A stretch of 64,000 bases of DNA from Synechococcus sp. (GTDB lineage: Bacteria; Cyanobacteriota; Cyanobacteriia; PCC-6307; Cyanobiaceae). Under the pieces are notes generated by a model. That model was not told where the DNA came from. It did not search any database and saw nothing but the letters and a program-made list of their open reading frames with translations. Shown in pieces: positions 1 through 11,525 of the stretch; within the stretch, counting starts at the first letter, position 1; each line of letters begins with the position of its first letter. The DNA lies in NCBI GenBank assembly GCA_047285535.1, contig JBJBDC010000001.1, forward strand, positions 2,080,136-2,144,135, given 5' to 3'. The translations under genes were made by a program, and so were the position numbers.

Positions 1-121
1 GACGCCCCTCGTCAAGCCGGTCCCTGTAACCCTTGGTCACATGATCAGAAACGGTGCCTCCTTTACTCACTTGATACGGATCCTTATTAGGTGTAGAATG
101 CAGACATCAATCAGATTAGTA

Positions 122-1054
<933 letters not shown>

Positions 1055-1096
1055 GCTGCACAATCGCTTTTCATCGTTGTCCGTTTCTAAATCGCC

Positions 1097-1555
1097 ATGG
1101 CCAAGCGTGTACAAGTGGTACTCAATGAGGACATCCTCAGCCTGGGCCGCAACGGCGATTTAGTGGACGTTGCTCCCGGATACGCCCGCAACTTCCTGCT
1201 TCCCTTTGGCAAGGCTGTTCCAGTCACACCCGCAGTGATGAAGCAGGTCGAACACCGCAGGGCCAAAGAGGCAGAGCGCCAGGCCAAACTCAAGCAAGAT
1301 GCTGTGGCCTTCCGCACCGCTCTGGATACGATCGGACGTTTCACTGTCAAGAAACAGACAGGCGGAGACGACGTTTTATTTGGAACCGTCACCAACGGCG
1401 ATGTCGCCGAAGCCATCGAATCAGCAACGAAGAAAGAAGTGGATCGTCGGGACATCACCGTTCCCGACATTCACCGCACCGGCTCGTACAAGGTGCAGGT
1501 GAAACTCCACAGTGAAGTCACAGCAGAAATCAATCTCGAAGTGGTCAGCTATTAA
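1097..1555 (+). CDS. rplI: 50S ribosomal protein L9
   Basis: [21 protein letters not shown] and LFGTVT motifs; lies directly upstream of dnaB. Confidence 0.98.
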   Translation: MAKRVQVVLNEDILSLGRNGDLVDVAPGYARNFLLPFGKAVPVTPAVMKQVEHRRAKEAERQAKLKQDAVAFRTALDTIGRFTVKKQTGGDDVLFGTVTNGDVAEAIESATKKEVDRRDITVPDIHRTGSYKVQVKLHSEVTAEINLEVVSY

Positions 1556-1609
1556 TTGACGCCATAGCCCTCTCGGCGAGTCAGAGTGTGATGACCAACT
1601 GCCTTACCT

Positions 1610-3031
1610 ATGGCCATGGTGAGTGTCTCTCAACCTGATCAAAGCGAACAGGATGGTGGGCGACAGCGGAGCTATGGCCAAGAGCGCCAACGCGATCAGC
1701 CTCAGTTCGAGGCCTTACCAGACTCACTTCCGCCCCAAAATTTGGAAGCAGAAGAGGCCGTATTGGGTGGAATTCTGCTCGACCCAGACGCCATTGGCCG
1801 CGTGGCGGACGTGCTTCAACCCGATGCCTTCTATTTAGGAGCGCACAAGGAGATCTATCGCACAGCGGTCATGCTCCACAGCCAGGGCAAACCCACTGAC
1901 CTCACGGCAATGACCGCCTGGCTTGCAGACACTGGCTCCCTCGACAAAGTCGGAGGTAGCAATCGCTTGGTGGAGCTGGTGGAACGCGTGGCCTCCACCG
2001 CTTCCATCGAACAGGTGGCCAGGCTGGTGATGGACAAGTTCCTGAGACGCCAGCTGATTCGCTCGGGCAATGAAGTGATTCAGCTGGGTTTTGACCAGGG
2101 CCTACCGATGGAGCAGGTGCTGGATCAGGCCGAACAGAAAATTTTCGCGATTAGCCAGGAAAAGCCCTCCAAAGGGCTCACTCCCACGGCAGAAATCCTT
2201 ACCAGCACCTTCAACGAGATCGAGAGTCGATCCCTTGGCACGTCCGTGGCTGGCATTCCGGTGAATTTCTATGACCTGGATGCGATGACCCAAGGCCTGC
2301 AGCGCAGTGACCTCATCATTGTGGCCGGCCGACCGGCCATGGGCAAAACCTCGATTGTGCTCAACCTGTCCAAGAACGTGGCTCAATTGCACAACCTTCC
2401 GGTGTGTGTGTTCAGCCTGGAAATGAGTAAAGAACAGCTCACCTACCGATTGCTTTCGATGGAGGTCGGTATAGAAGCAGGGCGTCTGCGCACGGGCCGA
2501 CTTCAACAGGATGAATGGCCCCTTCTAGGCCAAGGCATCAACACCCTTGGCCAATTACCGATCTATATCGATGACAAACCCAACTCCGGCGTACTTGAAA
2601 TGCGATCGCTGTGTCGGCGACTGATGGCCGAGCAAGGCCAAGAACTTGGGCTGGTCGTCATCGATTACCTGCAGCTGATGGAAGGCTCCAGTCCAGACAA
2701 TCGCGTGCAAGAAATCTCTCGCATTACCCGAGGGCTGAAGGGCATGGCCCGAGAGCTGAACGTGCCAGTGATCGCACTGTCGCAGCTCAGTCGGGGCGTG
2801 GAATCACGCACCAACAAGCGCCCAATGCTCAGCGACCTCAGGGAATCAGGCTCGATCGAGCAGGATGCCGATTTAGTTCTGATGATTTACCGCGATGAGT
2901 ATTACAACCCGGAAACTCCTGATCGGGGCATTACGGAAGTGATCGTGACTAAGCATCGCAACGGCCCCGTGGGAACGGTCAAGCTGCTGTTCGAGCCCCA
3001 GTTCACTCGCTTCCGCAACCTGGCCGCATAG
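1610..3031 (+). CDS. dnaB: Replicative DNA helicase DnaB (no intein)
   Basis: PPQNLEAEEAVLG, Walker A GRPAMGKT, VIDYLQLM, SDLRESGSIEQDAD. Confidence 0.98.
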   Translation: MAMVSVSQPDQSEQDGGRQRSYGQERQRDQPQFEALPDSLPPQNLEAEEAVLGGILLDPDAIGRVADVLQPDAFYLGAHKEIYRTAVMLHSQGKPTDLTAMTAWLADTGSLDKVGGSNRLVELVERVASTASIEQVARLVMDKFLRRQLIRSGNEVIQLGFDQGLPMEQVLDQAEQKIFAISQEKPSKGLTPTAEILTSTFNEIESRSLGTSVAGIPVNFYDLDAMTQGLQRSDLIIVAGRPAMGKTSIVLNLSKNVAQLHNLPVCVFSLEMSKEQLTYRLLSMEVGIEAGRLRTGRLQQDEWPLLGQGINTLGQLPIYIDDKPNSGVLEMRSLCRRLMAEQGQELGLVVIDYLQLMEGSSPDNRVQEISRITRGLKGMARELNVPVIALSQLSRGVESRTNKRPMLSDLRESGSIEQDADLVLMIYRDEYYNPETPDRGITEVIVTKHRNGPVGTVKLLFEPQFTRFRNLAA

Positions 3032-3303
3032 AGCCAAACCAATTGAGAATCAGCGCAACCATCAAAGTCGTTCCAAAAAGAAACCATTGAAGGACGAAAT
3101 AGTCGCCATCAATATCACCACATTGCCTGATTCGACAGACAAAAGAATGCATGCATTCAAGCGAAAATGATAAGATTAATAATCCCGACAAGACAACCAA
3201 GCAAAGAACAAGATCACAGCCAAAACAATCAAATGCAAGACTAATGATAGAGAATTAACAAAAATACTCCTCCACAACCATTGCCAAAACTGCTTTCTCT
3301 CAT

Positions 3304-3507
3304 CTAAAGGACCATCTGAACACCGGCAGTCATCCAACGAGCATCAAGCAAGCCCTTAAGCATCGAGGCTATTTTGTATAGGAAAAACAAAGGGAAGACA
3401 CCCAAGACGCATGCAGGAAGGTCGACGCAACCCTTGAATTGGAGCACATAATCATTCGCGAATAAAGTCGAATATTGAAAGGCAAAGGCTATGCCCACGA
3501 CACACAT
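3304..3507 (-). pseudogene. Possible degenerate pilin-like subunit remnant
   Basis: Hydrophobic N-terminus followed by ANDYVLQFKGCVDLPACVL, resembling the F-x-G-x-V...C start of fimbrial-type subunits; the remainder is unconvincing. Confidence 0.25.
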
Positions 3508-3911
3508 CGAATAATCAAGCCAATAAAGATAGAACGAGAGAAACTAAGCTCAACTCAACTGATCAACAAAGTCTATCAATCAAACCAAATCTGCAAGCTT
3601 GAAAGGACTACAGTCGTTTCAATTAGCCCACAGATAGTCAATGGGCACTCAACCAAATAGACACAAAGATCCATCACCTTGTCAAAACTGATTACAATCC
3701 TGGAACCAGGAATGGCTTTTTCGCAACATCACATCCAAGCAAATCCAACAGCCTAGAAGCAAAGCGTAAGGCCAATGAAATAGACAATAGCGACGATAAT
3801 CAAGGCAATATTGCAATAACAAGCGAGCAAAGTATAGGAGAAAGATCCAAGCGAACACAGGCAAGAGGCGCAAAAATATCAGCCAAAACCACTAAATTGA
3901 GTGACTTGCTA

Positions 3912-4160
3912 TCACCGATAACAAGAACTGACGTCCAATATATGATTATTGGGCCTCGATTCCTGCGCAATGTTGCCTTCGGGATCTAAATTCTCCGAAG
4001 GCAAAGCTAGCGCAAGGCCTAAGATGCATTTCGTAACATCAGGACTGGGTACTTCAAGTGGCCCAAACGAAACCTGTGCCTTGTCACCCGAGAAAGCAGG
4101 CGCCAAAGAAAGGCAGATTACAAAAAAACCTGCCGCTAAAAATAGGAGTGCATGCTTAAT
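3912..4160 (-). pseudogene. Possible degenerate secreted/pilin-like gene
   Basis: The open frame reads IKHALLFLAAGFFVICLSLAPAFS/GDKAQVSFGPLEVPSPDVTKCIL: a signal peptide plus a VxFG...C motif, with no ATG and an early stop. 5' limit approximate. Confidence 0.3.
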
Positions 4161-4872
4161 TTCAAATTCCCTAGCACTAAGTCAGCATATCTAATTCAAT
4201 CATCTGTGCAATATATGGCAATAAAAAACGAGATGGACCAGCAACTGGTTCATGCGTACCTAAGCCAGCCACCTACAAGCCAGATCCAGACTCATGAATC
4301 TACAGATGAGACACAAGAATAACCGCCAAGCGAGCTGAATGCATCAATAAATGCTTGATTCGGCCTCTCTGCCGCTGGGTTCTCACACAATCCAAAGACC
4401 AAGCAACAAGCTTTTAAACACTCGCCTCAATATTTCTTGTGCAACATTTTTCTCCGCAAAGAGGTCTTTCAAGATGACAGATAGGATTGATCCAAAGAAT
4501 TTCAAATTATCGGAATCAGTTGCAAAAGAGCTCCCAGGGAAGGGGCGAGGAATGGAAGAGCCTAGGTAAGCCTCAATGCATGAAATAGTCTATCCGCGCA
4601 AAAACAAGATATAAACCAACTACTGATGGATTGATAATCCAAAAAATGTCAGACCTTTGAAATTGTCAAGCCAATTAGCAACAATCTTTTAGAATTAGCC
4701 GTTGATTAGTATATATTAAAATCGAAAATCACTAAAGCCTCGGATCAAACCGTGGTCGACTCAGGATTCTCTCACCTAAGCTTAAGCCAGAGCTCAGAGA
4801 AATCAACCACAAACTTCAGCTATCTTTGAATGAGGAATCAAAGAGGCAACAGCAACACCTTCTTTTATTTAA

Positions 4873-5499
4873 ATGTTGACCATGTTGATCAAGTTCATTA
4901 CCAAAAAGCGCTTAAGCGCAAAAACTGCGAAGGCTTTACCAGTAGCAGCCCTGCTACTTGGCCTTTCAGCCCATAGTCCATTAGCGGAGGCTGCTTCGAG
5001 AACAAAAACTGGAAAAATTAACCCTGGGACAGTCAATACTTTTATTAAGTATAGAGCTCCTAAGCAGGATGTCTCTTGCACTCTTGAGGCATCGGATGGT
5101 CAAATGGCATATTATGCTGCTGACACTGGTCCGGCTTCCTATATCAGCTCAGCAAGAAGAAACGATTTAGGAGTTGCTGTTACTGAGATTGGAAATAACC
5201 CCAGATCAGCGGGCCGATTGATTGCTTATGCCACTGCACCCGCAAATACGTGGCAAGTATCATTTGCAAAACCAACATTAGATCCCAACAATTCAGACGT
5301 ACAATCTCTTAGACTAAAAGTAGGTGGAGCTGTTGTACAAAATTGGACACAAGCTGCTCTAACAACTAGAAATATGAATGTACCTCCGAATCAGCGGACC
5401 AATTTCGCAGTCGACGTAAGGTTTAGAAAAAATAATGGCTTTTTCCCGAAAAGTGTTTACAATGCGAGGGTAGATGTAGAATGCTTAGCTAAACCTTAG
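4873..5499 (+). CDS. Secreted pilin/spore-coat-U-like beta-sandwich protein (copy A)
   Basis: Signal peptide ending AEA; one early Cys (SCTL) and one C-terminal Cys in FPKSVYNARVDVECL; paralog of 5657..6385. Confidence 0.6.
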   Translation: MLTMLIKFITKKRLSAKTAKALPVAALLLGLSAHSPLAEAASRTKTGKINPGTVNTFIKYRAPKQDVSCTLEASDGQMAYYAADTGPASYISSARRNDLGVAVTEIGNNPRSAGRLIAYATAPANTWQVSFAKPTLDPNNSDVQSLRLKVGGAVVQNWTQAALTTRNMNVPPNQRTNFAVDVRFRKNNGFFPKSVYNARVDVECLAKP

Positions 5500-5656
5500 T
5501 CAATTCGCTCCTTGCCGCAAAATATAGCCTTAGCTAACTCAATTTGAACATCGGGAAACGAATACTGAATTCTTTCCCGATATTTTATTAGATAAAGACT
5601 TATTTAGTGCTATAGATTAATGAAAGAGCAAAGGAGCCTAATGCTATATTAGGAAA

Positions 5657-6385
5657 ATGGATTTTCTGAAAAGAGCCAATCTAAAACCAGACATCACGGA
5701 AGTCTTTATACCTCCCAGTAAGCGAACGAATGTTTTCTGGGTTCAAGCCAAAATAGCAACGCTTTCTTTATCGACCTTTGCATTGCTCACTCCAAGCGCC
5801 CATACATTAAGCCTTTACCCTGATCAGCTAAAATCAGCATCTGAGCAGTTCAACGTGGTCAATACGTCAAGCAAAGTTAGAAAGATCACAGTGGCAGAAG
5901 ATCCTGCGAGAAGAATAACCCAGAATGTTGAAACAATAGGGATTACTCAAAATAAGGAACTCAATCAGGCCAAATCTTGTACTCTAGAAACAAAAGATGG
6001 TGAGATGACTTACTACGTTGCAAAATCTGGCAACATTTCATATATAAGCTCAGCAAAAAAAGCAGAAGTAGCTCCCGATGTTGTTGTAATAGGTTTGAAC
6101 TCAATCAAACCAGGTACAGTTATCGTTTCAGCGAATGCTCCTCAAGGTTCGTGGAAGGTGTCTATGGCAGAGCCAACACTATTACCTGATGTTGGTAATC
6201 AAAACCATCTTAGAGTCACAAGGGGTGATTGGGATTCGGACTGGAAAAATAATGTATCACGTGTACCCCAAGTAGCCCCCAATCAAAAGGCAAAATTCAA
6301 TATCAACGTTAGGTTTAAATTGGCTGGTCTTTTCCCTGCAAATGTTTATAGATCAATGGTTCTTGTAGAGTGCTTGGCAGTTTAA
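5657..6385 (+). CDS. Chimeric secreted protein: chaperone-like N-terminus + pilin-like domain (copy B)
   Basis: The first ~80 aa align with 6924..7421; from SCTLETKDGEMTYY to FPANVYRSMVLVECL it aligns with 4873..5499. Confidence 0.65.
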   Translation: MDFLKRANLKPDITEVFIPPSKRTNVFWVQAKIATLSLSTFALLTPSAHTLSLYPDQLKSASEQFNVVNTSSKVRKITVAEDPARRITQNVETIGITQNKELNQAKSCTLETKDGEMTYYVAKSGNISYISSAKKAEVAPDVVVIGLNSIKPGTVIVSANAPQGSWKVSMAEPTLLPDVGNQNHLRVTRGDWDSDWKNNVSRVPQVAPNQKAKFNINVRFKLAGLFPANVYRSMVLVECLAV

Positions 6386-6923
6386 GACAGCTGCAAAACC
6401 ACAAAACCAAAATAATAATGAAAATTGAAAATATTCAAATGATATGACTCCAAATTTTTAGACATATTTGGGATGAAATTGAATGACCATAAATCCCCTG
6501 CTCCAGCAGAGCCCTAGGTTCTAGGGTTTAAGCGCCTTCTCACAGAACCTTCACTGAAAGAACAGATTGCTTAGTCACTCAGCAAGGGACAATAATATAA
6601 TTCTTCTTCCGTCATCTTTCATGTTGAGAGTGCCTTCAACCGTTCCATCCGAGCAAAGGCTCCATACATACCTTGCCAAAAGTCTTGATCAGAACGTGGT
6701 TTAGCAGTGGGAGGAGAAGGACAGAGTCTCAATAAAAATGCTAAGACGATCAGCTTCAAAGCAGGCCTCAGTCGTCACCGAAGGGCATTGCTTTGATCGA
6801 TTTTTAACTACTTTGTTCGATATACGTCGTCCTTGAGCTGCGGTGGTTCATGGCGGGAGCCTTATTCAAACTGAAGTTGCATCACTCTACTTGCAAATAT
6901 CAAGTATCAGCAGGAGGCTATTA

Positions 6924-7421
6924 ATGTTTAATTTAAACCATGAGAAATTTTTAAAGAAGCGCGGCCAGAGACTCAGTCGATTACAAATATTTCAAACATC
7001 GGAAAATTGGCGGAACCCGATCTTAATTCAAGTAAAAATAGCAATATTAACTTTATATGGCCTATCAATCATTCCCACAAGTGCCAACGCGCTGAGCCTT
7101 TCACCTCTCAATTTAGAATCAGCGTATGGACAATTACGAGTAGTCAACACTTCAGACAGACTTAGAAGGATAAAAATGACAGTCTATTCAGCGAAAATAA
7201 CGAATCAAGAGAGCAGTATTATAAGACCAGCATTAAATAAAGCAAGGATGAAAAATGAAGCCGAAATAAGCCCGAGCGTAGTTAGAGTATCTGGTAATTC
7301 CGCAAGATTTGTCAATTATTCAATTAGGAATGCCAAGGAGAATTATTATTTATGCGCTGAAACGTTAGCCAGCGCACAGTACAGGCTAAGAGTTTGTGCC
7401 TTATGGTTTGGGGGCAAATAG
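6924..7421 (+). CDS. Small single-domain PapD-like pilus chaperone-like protein
   Basis: Signal peptide ending ANA, then LSLSP...LRVVNTSD...EISPSVVRVSGNSARFV, the pattern of the PapD N-terminal Ig domain; C-terminal Cys pair (LCAE...RVC). The ORF opens at 6843. Confidence 0.55.
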   Translation: MFNLNHEKFLKKRGQRLSRLQIFQTSENWRNPILIQVKIAILTLYGLSIIPTSANALSLSPLNLESAYGQLRVVNTSDRLRRIKMTVYSAKITNQESSIIRPALNKARMKNEAEISPSVVRVSGNSARFVNYSIRNAKENYYLCAETLASAQYRLRVCALWFGGK

Positions 7422-7699
7422 GTTTATGAAAAAACTGCGCCCTAAGAGCACGCATAGAGCGGCCATCACCACTCTTCATCGAAAATCCCAATTCTGAATG
7501 CTAAAACCCATTATGCACGCCTCATTTTAGCCTAAAAGGTGTTGTAAGCATGTAGACTAACGCCTCAATACAATTGAGTCTTTAATTTGAATGGTGGGTG
7601 CCAAGTATTAAATGTATACTTATCTGTGTATTCAGATCAGTTCTGAGGCATTGAAATCTCAGATTTATACTATACCCTCAAAATTTACTCACAAAAAAA

Positions 7700-8299
7700 A
7701 TGAACCTTTGTCCCTCCAAGCCATGTCCTAAAAAGAGATTATTTTTTAGACGTTGGCGCCACTCAAGAATTTTTTTGATAGCAATCGTAAGTGGTTGCCT
7801 TGGAGACACGATTTCTAGTGCCAATGCCCAAATTTTTCTAAGCCCACAAAGCACTTCCGCTACACGATCAAGCGCTACAATTGATATTGACAATACACGT
7901 TGCTCTTCTTCTGGAGGCAGTGTTCCTTCATTATCATTATCATTTGGCGCGGATCCCTACGCAGTTAATTATTTTAATGATTTTGATCCAGTAAATACCA
8001 CCACTGCAAGCTCACCATTCCTAGGGATGGTCAGCATCAATATTCCCCTTAAAAGGACAAATCAGCATTTTAATTGCAATGAGCTTCATGATCTTGCTGT
8101 AAGGAGGTCAAAACTCGCAAGCTTGCGAGAGATGGTTGATGAACAAATCATTACGGAAGATCAATACACTACAGCAGTGCAAAATCTCTACAAAAATCTA
8201 CTCTATGGCGACGGTGATTCAGCAGATTCAGACAGTCGTATTGAGCAAGCAACCGAGGAATTAAAAATCGAAAGAGATAATGCTCTTAAGATCAACTAA
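7700..8299 (+). CDS. Secreted hypothetical protein with Cys pair and helical (SHOCT-like) C-terminus
   Basis: Signal peptide ending ANA; TRCSSSGG...VSINIPL...FNCNELHDL; KLASLREMVDEQIITEDQY resembles a SHOCT motif. Confidence 0.55.
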   Translation: MNLCPSKPCPKKRLFFRRWRHSRIFLIAIVSGCLGDTISSANAQIFLSPQSTSATRSSATIDIDNTRCSSSGGSVPSLSLSFGADPYAVNYFNDFDPVNTTTASSPFLGMVSINIPLKRTNQHFNCNELHDLAVRRSKLASLREMVDEQIITEDQYTTAVQNLYKNLLYGDGDSADSDSRIEQATEELKIERDNALKIN

Positions 8300-8852
8300 T
8301 TTGTATCCACAAGCGCATAGAACACTTGTTGTTTTTAAATAGCTCCAAAGCAATAAATACATGCACTTTGAAAAATAACCTTTTAAATTATTACAATTTA
8401 GCAAAAGTCCTTGTTTGGGCTGTCTGCTAATTGCCCCTCCCACAAAAACTTCACAGGCATGCCCTTTTTAATAAATCAGATAAAGAAGAAATTACCATCA
8501 AAGCCTTAATTAACCGCAGAGGCTTTTGCCACTTCGCGCAAGAACTGGTTTAGAAAATTTTTATTCCGCTCAGTAAGCAGATTCCGCATAAAACTAACAA
8601 CAGCCGCGCATTGATTTTCGCAATCATAGAGTACAAATGCTATCAACACTGCAATGTTTTCGTGCTCTTTTTCCTCAAAAAACCATCAAAACATAGTATC
8701 AATTGATCAAAACACAATTGCCAATCGACACTCTGTTGGCAAACAAATTCCCTGCTTATTGAACAATCTTATGCAGCAGTAGCTTTCTGCTGGCAGCACG
8801 GCCGTAAACCAATCAATAGCAGCAACTCCATCTGAAGACATACATTAAAAGC

Positions 8853-10790
8853 ATGAATGCGAATGAATGCTTTGATCTGATCGTGGTGGGTGCTGGCCAC
8901 GCCGGCTGTGAAGCGGCCATCACTGCAGCGCGCCTTGGACTGAACACTGCCCTATTCACCCTCAATCTCGATCGGATCGCCTGGCAACCCTGTAACCCGG
9001 CCGTGGGCGGACCAGCCAAAAGCCAACTTGTCCATGAAGTGGATGCTCTCGGTGGCGTGATCGGGCGTCTGGCGGATGCCTGCGCGATCCAAAAAAGGAT
9101 CCTTAACGCCAGCCGTGGCCCTGCGGTATGGGCCCTTCGCGCCCAAACCGACAAGCGTCTGTACTCCCGCCAGATGCTGCACCTGCTGCAACACACCCCG
9201 AACCTGGCCCTCCGTGAAGCCATGGTGACCGGCCTTGAGGTGACTGGAAATCCAGAGGACAATGGGAGTGCTGAAATCCAAGGCATCCGCACCTATTTCG
9301 GTAGCGTCTACAGCGCCAGAGCGGTGATCCTCACTGCTGGCACCTTTCTTGGCGGTCGGATCTGGGTGGGGCATCAATCCATGGCCGCAGGGCGAGCAGG
9401 CGAACAAGCCGCTGAAGGCTTAACCGATGCCTTAAAGCAACTGGGATTTCAAACCAACAGGCTGAAAACCGGCACCCCTGCTCGTGTGGATCGTCGCAGC
9501 ATTGCTCTCGATCAACTTGAAGCACAACCCAGTGATGCTGCCGATCGCTTCTTTTCCTTTGACCCAGCGGCCTGGGCCAGCGGCGAGCAGATGAGCTGCC
9601 ACATCACCCGGACCACAGCCGCCACCCATGAGCTGATCCGTGACAACCTCCACCTCACCGCCATCTACGGCGGTGTGATCAACAGCAAAGGGCCGCGCTA
9701 CTGCCCATCAATCGAAGACAAGATCGTGCGCTTTGCCGATAAAGAATCTCATCAAATCTTTCTGGAGCCAGAAGGGCGAGACACCCCCGAGATTTACGTG
9801 CAAGGTTTTTCAACCGGCCTGCCCGAAACCATTCAGCTTCAGTTGCTACGCACCCTTCCAGGGTTGGAACACTGCGTGATGCTGAGACCAGCCTATTCCG
9901 TTGACTACGACTACCTCCCAGCCACCCAGCTGAAACCTTCGTTGGAAACCAAAAGGGTGCGGGGTCTCTTCAGCGCTGGTCAACTCAATGGCACCACTGG
10001 GTATGAGGAAGCCGCGGCCCAGGGCCTTGTCGCTGGCCTCAACGCCGCCCGCTTGATTGCAGGCCAGGACCCAGTGCATTTCTCTCGGGAGAGCAGCTAC
10101 ATGGGCACGATGATCGACGATCTGGTAAGCCAGGATCTGCGTGAGCCTTACCGGGTGCTGACCAGCCGCAGTGAATACCGCCTGGTCTTACGTGGTGACA
10201 ACGCCGACAGGCGCCTCACCCCTCTCGGGCGCGAGCTTGGACTCATCGACGATCGCCGTTGGCACTTGTTCAACGACAAACTCAAGGCCATGGAGATCGA
10301 GAAACAGCGTCTAGAAACGGTTCGGCTTAAGGTCAGCGATCCAGTCGCACCAGCCATCGAGCGTGAAACTGGAGCGCCGATTAAAGGATCGATCACCCTC
10401 GCCGATCTCCTGCGACGACCCGGCGTACACACTGCTGATCTTGTGCGTCATGGCCTAGCCAATGCAGAGCTAGCTCTGCCGGTCAGAGAGGGTGCCGAAA
10501 TCGACATCAAATACAGCGGCTACCTCCAGCGCCAGCAACAACAGATTGATCAGGTCAAACGCCAGAGTCTGCGCAAATTGCCCTCCAATCTTGATTACGC
10601 CAGCATCGGCACCTTGTCGCGGGAGGCTCGCGAAAAGCTTGCGTCTATTCAACCAACCACGCTGGGTCAGGCCACACACATTCCAGGTGTGAGCCAGGCG
10701 GATCTCACCGCCCTACTGGTTTGGTTAGAGCTGCAACAACGCCGCTCCAAAGTGAGGGAAGACCTCGCCAGCGCCACCAACTCTCGATAG
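8853..10790 (+). CDS. mnmG: tRNA uridine-5-carboxymethylaminomethyl(34) synthesis enzyme MnmG (GidA)
   Basis: [47 protein letters not shown]. Confidence 0.98.
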   Translation: MNANECFDLIVVGAGHAGCEAAITAARLGLNTALFTLNLDRIAWQPCNPAVGGPAKSQLVHEVDALGGVIGRLADACAIQKRILNASRGPAVWALRAQTDKRLYSRQMLHLLQHTPNLALREAMVTGLEVTGNPEDNGSAEIQGIRTYFGSVYSARAVILTAGTFLGGRIWVGHQSMAAGRAGEQAAEGLTDALKQLGFQTNRLKTGTPARVDRRSIALDQLEAQPSDAADRFFSFDPAAWASGEQMSCHITRTTAATHELIRDNLHLTAIYGGVINSKGPRYCPSIEDKIVRFADKESHQIFLEPEGRDTPEIYVQGFSTGLPETIQLQLLRTLPGLEHCVMLRPAYSVDYDYLPATQLKPSLETKRVRGLFSAGQLNGTTGYEEAAAQGLVAGLNAARLIAGQDPVHFSRESSYMGTMIDDLVSQDLREPYRVLTSRSEYRLVLRGDNADRRLTPLGRELGLIDDRRWHLFNDKLKAMEIEKQRLETVRLKVSDPVAPAIERETGAPIKGSITLADLLRRPGVHTADLVRHGLANAELALPVREGAEIDIKYSGYLQRQQQQIDQVKRQSLRKLPSNLDYASIGTLSREAREKLASIQPTTLGQATHIPGVSQADLTALLVWLELQQRRSKVREDLASATNSR

Positions 10791-10814
10791 CGTTAACCCA
10801 ATGAAAAGATTGCA

Positions 10815-11525
10815 GTGCCATCTCGCATTCCCACCTCGACGGCGTACTGGAATCTTCGGGCTGAACAGGTATTGGATCGGGTTTTCCACGAGGCTGAGCC
10901 CTCACTGAAAGCTGTCGAGATCCATGTCGATCCGGTCCCAGATCCAGTGGTGAATTCCCTCCCTTCAACACACAACAGCACACCGGCCTGGCAGCAGCTC
11001 ACCCTGATCGGGATCAGCCTCGGTGCCGTGTTGTCCAGTGCCTGGATTGCGCGCAACTGGCATCTCACCCAGCAAACCCTCCACCATGAGCGCCACCTGG
11101 CCTTGATGGAAAAGCTCAAAACCCGCACCATCCCTTCCCCACAACCGCCTCCCCCAGAGGAGGTCAAAACACTGCCCAGCCTTGTACCGCTCACACTTCC
11201 GCTGAGTACGGCCATGGCCCCAGCAACCCATCCGTCTTCATCCCCTCATGCGTTAGCCAGTGATTCGTCATCCACTGATTCGTCAGTGGACGCAGCTTCT
11301 GCTGACAAAGCGCCAAAGCCAGCGAACCATCCTCTGCTGGTCGGTGTGGTCCAGGCGGAAGGAGGTGGATCTGCGATCTTCCAGGTGGATAATCAATCCC
11401 TGTCTGCCAGCCCTGGTGACAGCATCGGCAACTCGGGCTGGTCCTTGCTGAGCATCTCCAGCACTGGTGCAGTCATTGAACGCAACGGTCAACGCCACTC
11501 CCTAGCGGTTGGAGGTGCCTTCTGA
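10815..11525 (+). CDS. Membrane-anchored protein with C-terminal GspC/PilP-like beta domain
   Basis: One TM helix, a Pro/Ser-rich linker, and LVGVV...SAIF...PGDSIGNSGWSLLSI...AVIERNG. Confidence 0.6.
   Translation: MPSRIPTSTAYWNLRAEQVLDRVFHEAEPSLKAVEIHVDPVPDPVVNSLPSTHNSTPAWQQLTLIGISLGAVLSSAWIARNWHLTQQTLHHERHLALMEKLKTRTIPSPQPPPPEEVKTLPSLVPLTLPLSTAMAPATHPSSSPHALASDSSSTDSSVDAASADKAPKPANHPLLVGVVQAEGGGSAIFQVDNQSLSASPGDSIGNSGWSLLSISSTGAVIERNGQRHSLAVGGAF

Larger units (their letters stand above)
3032..8852. other. AT-rich genomic islet between dnaB and mnmG
   Basis: GC falls abruptly (about 35% in line 5401) relative to the flanking core genes; low coding density; genes for secreted proteins and probable remnants. 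No integrase or flanking repeats seen. Confidence 0.8.

Noticed and set aside
1610..3031. Possible intein in dnaB
   Set aside because: The length (473 aa) and continuous motifs leave no room for an insertion.
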